Both the position numbers and the translations under genes were made by a program. A DNA stretch of 64,000 nt from an uncultured delta proteobacterium (GTDB lineage: Bacteria; Myxococcota_A; UBA9160; SMWR01). Below, in pieces: positions 61,021 to 64,000 of this stretch (position 1 is the stretch's first letter; each line of letters begins with the position of its first letter). The notes below the pieces were generated by a model. The model ran no database searches. It was not told the DNA's origin and worked only from the letters and a program-made list of their open reading frames with translations. Location: assembly GCA_963832165.1 (NCBI GenBank), contig CAWHTE010000007.1:192001-256000 (forward strand), given 5' to 3'.

Positions 61021-64000
61021 CTACACCAGGTCGTTGAAGATGATGTCCGCCGCAGTGGCGCCCGTGACGTCGTCGAGGCGAGCAATCACCGACTCGAGCC
61101 CGCCGCTACCCGTACCGTCGCTGTTGTCGAGGTCTGCGAGCAGGAAGGTGTCGCCACCGAACACGAGAACCCCGACTTCGCTCGACGTGATGTCGCCATT
61201 GTCCTGGGTCAGGCCCTCGAGCGCGATCAGCACCTGATCGCCCTCGCCCTGGTTCCAGTCGGTGATGATCTCGAAGTCGTTGACATCGTTCGACTCGTGG
61301 GTCAGCACGAACAGATCGGTGCCGATACCGCCGGTGAGCTGGTTCGCGCCACCGTCGGCGACCAGCAGGTCGTTTCCGCTTCCGCCGTTCGCCGTGTCCT
61401 CTCCGATCAGCGTGTAGAGATCGTCGTTGCCGCCATTTGCGAACATGAAGTTGGCGTCGGCCGTGCCGACGAGGATCTCGTTGCTGTTGTTGCCGTTGAT
61501 GAAGCTCGACTCTGCGAGCGAGCCCGGCGCCTGGACGACCAGGTCGACCTGCGCGGTGTCGCTGCCCTCCGCCGTGGTGATGGTGTAGTCGAAGCTGTCG
61601 GACCCCGAGTAGCCATCGTCGCCCACGTAGAGGATGCGATCGTCGTCGAGCACGAGCGCGAGCCCGTTGCTCGGCGCAGCGCTCACGATGTTCGCCGTCA
61701 CGCTGACCGACGTGAGCGGCGTGATCCCGTCGCTCGCGGTGTCGTTGTCCAGGACGCTGACCGCCAGGTTGCCGGAGGGCCCCGTCGCATCGAGGTCGTC
61801 GTTGGCGATCGGCGACGGAACCAGATCGATCGTCTGATCGGCGAACTCCAGATGCTCCATGGTGGAGTAGGAGTCCGTGCCGTCGTTGCCGTCGCCCAGG
61901 TTGTTGTCCGTGACCGTGCCGTTGAACGTGTCGACCGTGTAGTCGGCGTAGTTGCCGCTGAACACCGCCGTGTCGTCGCCATTGCCGCCGACCAGCGTGT
62001 CGTTGCCCGCGCCGCCGATCAGGCGATCGGAGCCGTCTCCGCCCGAGATTCCATCCGCCCCGCCGTTTCCGGTCAGGACGTTCGCCACCGAGCTGCCGAT
62101 GATGTTGTCGGATCCCCCGCCGCCGATCGCATTCTCGATGCTCGTGAGCGTGCCGGTTCCGATCCCGGAGTAGGTCCCGGCGGTGAGGTTGATCGTCACA
62201 CCCGACACGGCCGCCGAGGAGTCGTAGGTGTCGGTCCCTCCGACGCCGTCGTTGGTGTCGGTGCCCGCACTCGCGTAGATCACGTTGGCGAGTGTGTTGC
62301 CCGTGAGCGTGTCGTTGCCCGAGCCTCCCTGCAGGTTCTCGAAGTCGTAGAGGCGATTCGAGGCACCGATCTCCGAGCCCGATGCATTGCCGAACGGCAG
62401 GAAGCCGTTGGTGAGATCGATCACCACCGCAGCCGTTGCGGTCGAGAACCGGATCGTGTCGGTCCCGGACGATCCGCGGTAGGTGTCGTCGTCCCCGTCG
62501 AGGGCGCCATGGAACGTGTCGTCGTTGGCACCGCCGTCGGCGTCGTCGATGTCGTCCCCGTCGTGGATCGTGTCGTTGCCGGCTCCGCCGTCGATCAAGT
62601 CGTTGCCCGCACCGCCCGAGATCACGTCGGCTCCGCCGTTGCCCGTGAGCACGTTCGCGGCGCCGTCGCCAGTCAACGTGTCGGCGCCCGAGCCACCAGT
62701 CGCGTTCTCGACGCTGGCGTGAGCGTGTCGCTGCCGATCGTCCGAACCCGAAGCCGTGCCGCTCGCAGGCTGATGCGTCACCGCAGCGCGGCCGCGACGC
62801 GTCATACGTGTCGGTATCGCTGCCGCCGTCGGCCGCGTCGTTGCCCGCGCTGGCCACGAGCGTGTCGTTGTCTGCATCGCCCGCGAGGTTGTCGTTGCCC
62901 GCGCCGCCGTCGAGCGAGTCGTTTCCGAGGCCGCCCGTGAGCCCGTCGACGCCTCCGTTGCCGGCCAGCGTGATCGTCGTTGGCACCGCCGTCGATCGGG
63001 TCGTTGCCGGCGCCGCCCGTGAGCGAGTCATTCCCGCCGCTGCCGTTCAGCGCGAGCGTCGTCGTCGACGTCACCCCCGACCCATTGAACACGTCGTTCG
63101 CGGGGCCGCCGTTGAAGGTCACGGTGCTGTCGGTGATCCCCGTCGCCGCCAAGTCTCCCGACAGCGTGACAGTCGAGCCGTCCGCGTCGGCATTGATCAC
63201 GAGCTTCTCGGCGTCGGTCACCGTCGTGGTCGCCGCATCGTCGAAGAGCAGCGAAAGCTCGTCGCCCGGAACGGCCGGCACGGTGCCCGTGAGGCCCGAA
63301 GTCCCGGCCCCGCCGTTGTCGAGATTCACCGTCAGCGTGTCGCCGAGCGCGGTCTCCCCGCCTTCGCCGCCGTCGATCCATCGGAGCCGTCGCCGAACGC
63401 GTAGGTGATCGAGTCGTCGCCTGCGCCGGCCGCGACCGCGTCGTTGCCGCCGAGGCCGTTGATCGTGTCGTTGCCCGCGCCGCCGTCGATCAGGTCGTTG
63501 CCGGCTCCGCCGGTCAGCGGTGTCGTTTCCGCCAGCCGTCGAACGTCGAGGGACTGGGTCGAAGTGAGGCCGGAGGCGTTGACGATGTCCGCCCCGTCGC
63601 CACCCGAACGGGCCGCCCGTGACCGTGACCGTCTCGAGCGCCGTCGGAGCGAAGTCGCCCGTGATGTTCACGGTGTCGCCGCCGTCGCCGAGAACGATCG
63701 TCAAATTCTCGGTGTTGTCGAACGTGACGGAGCCAGCCGCACCAGCGTTCATCGTCACGAGCACGTCGGTCGTTCCGCCGGGCTCGACGGTGTCGGTCCC
63801 CGGTGCCGTGACGGCGAAGGTGATCGGGGACGCGCTGGGAGTGCTCGGCGGAGTGATGTTCAGCAACAAGACGGTGTCGCTGCCAATGCCGCCATTGACG
63901 ACATCGTTCCCTGTGGAGGGCAGGTTCAGGTACCAGTCGTCGCCGTCTCCCAGCGAGGCCGTATCGCTGCCGGCAAGGCCGAAGGCGATGTCGTTGCCGG
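61021..64000 (-). CDS. Large RTX/hemolysin-type Ca-binding repeat protein, 5'-partial, multiple frameshifts
   Basis: Many GGAGND repeats; Ig-like SVLDND...[10 protein letters not shown]-terminus homologous to the 56.5-60.3 kb gene; no start within the window. Confidence 0.8.

Overview
64 kb of a very GC-rich diderm bacterium. PEP-CTERM proteins, a sigma54 promoter, a beta-barrel outer-membrane protein, RTX-type proteins and many actinobacteria-like lipid/steroid catabolic genes suggest a Myxococcota/Binatia-like 'deltaproteobacterial' lineage; this is inference only. Most of 1-52 kb is CoA-dependent lipid/steroid/aromatic catabolism (P450, SDRs, crotonases, acyl-CoA ligase and dehydrogenases, CoA transferase, carboxyltransferase, F420-type reductase, sulfotransferase), mixed with housekeeping genes (gpmI, pfkA, serS, selB, a large PBP-like protein). 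Five things stand out. (1) A ~1,770-aa secreted fusion of a copper-radical (galactose-oxidase-like) oxidase with a YVTN propeller and a di-heme cytochrome c peroxidase-like domain, preceded by a perfect CRP-type site. (2) A sigma54-type operon encoding an exported kinase-like lipoprotein, a DUF4956-like membrane protein and a beta-barrel protein. (3) A PPIase/HupE/DUF3604-PEP-CTERM cluster. (4) A KstR-type operator upstream of a fadE26/27-like pair. (5) A surface-protein island after selB, with a tandem duplication of the selB 3' end plus a PEP-CTERM gene whose copies differ in an alternating-residue pattern, followed by RTX-repeat genes. Several single-base frameshifts look like long-read indel errors. 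I saw no rRNA, tRNA, CRISPR array, integrase or transposase. All family assignments are from motif recognition by eye, not from database searches.
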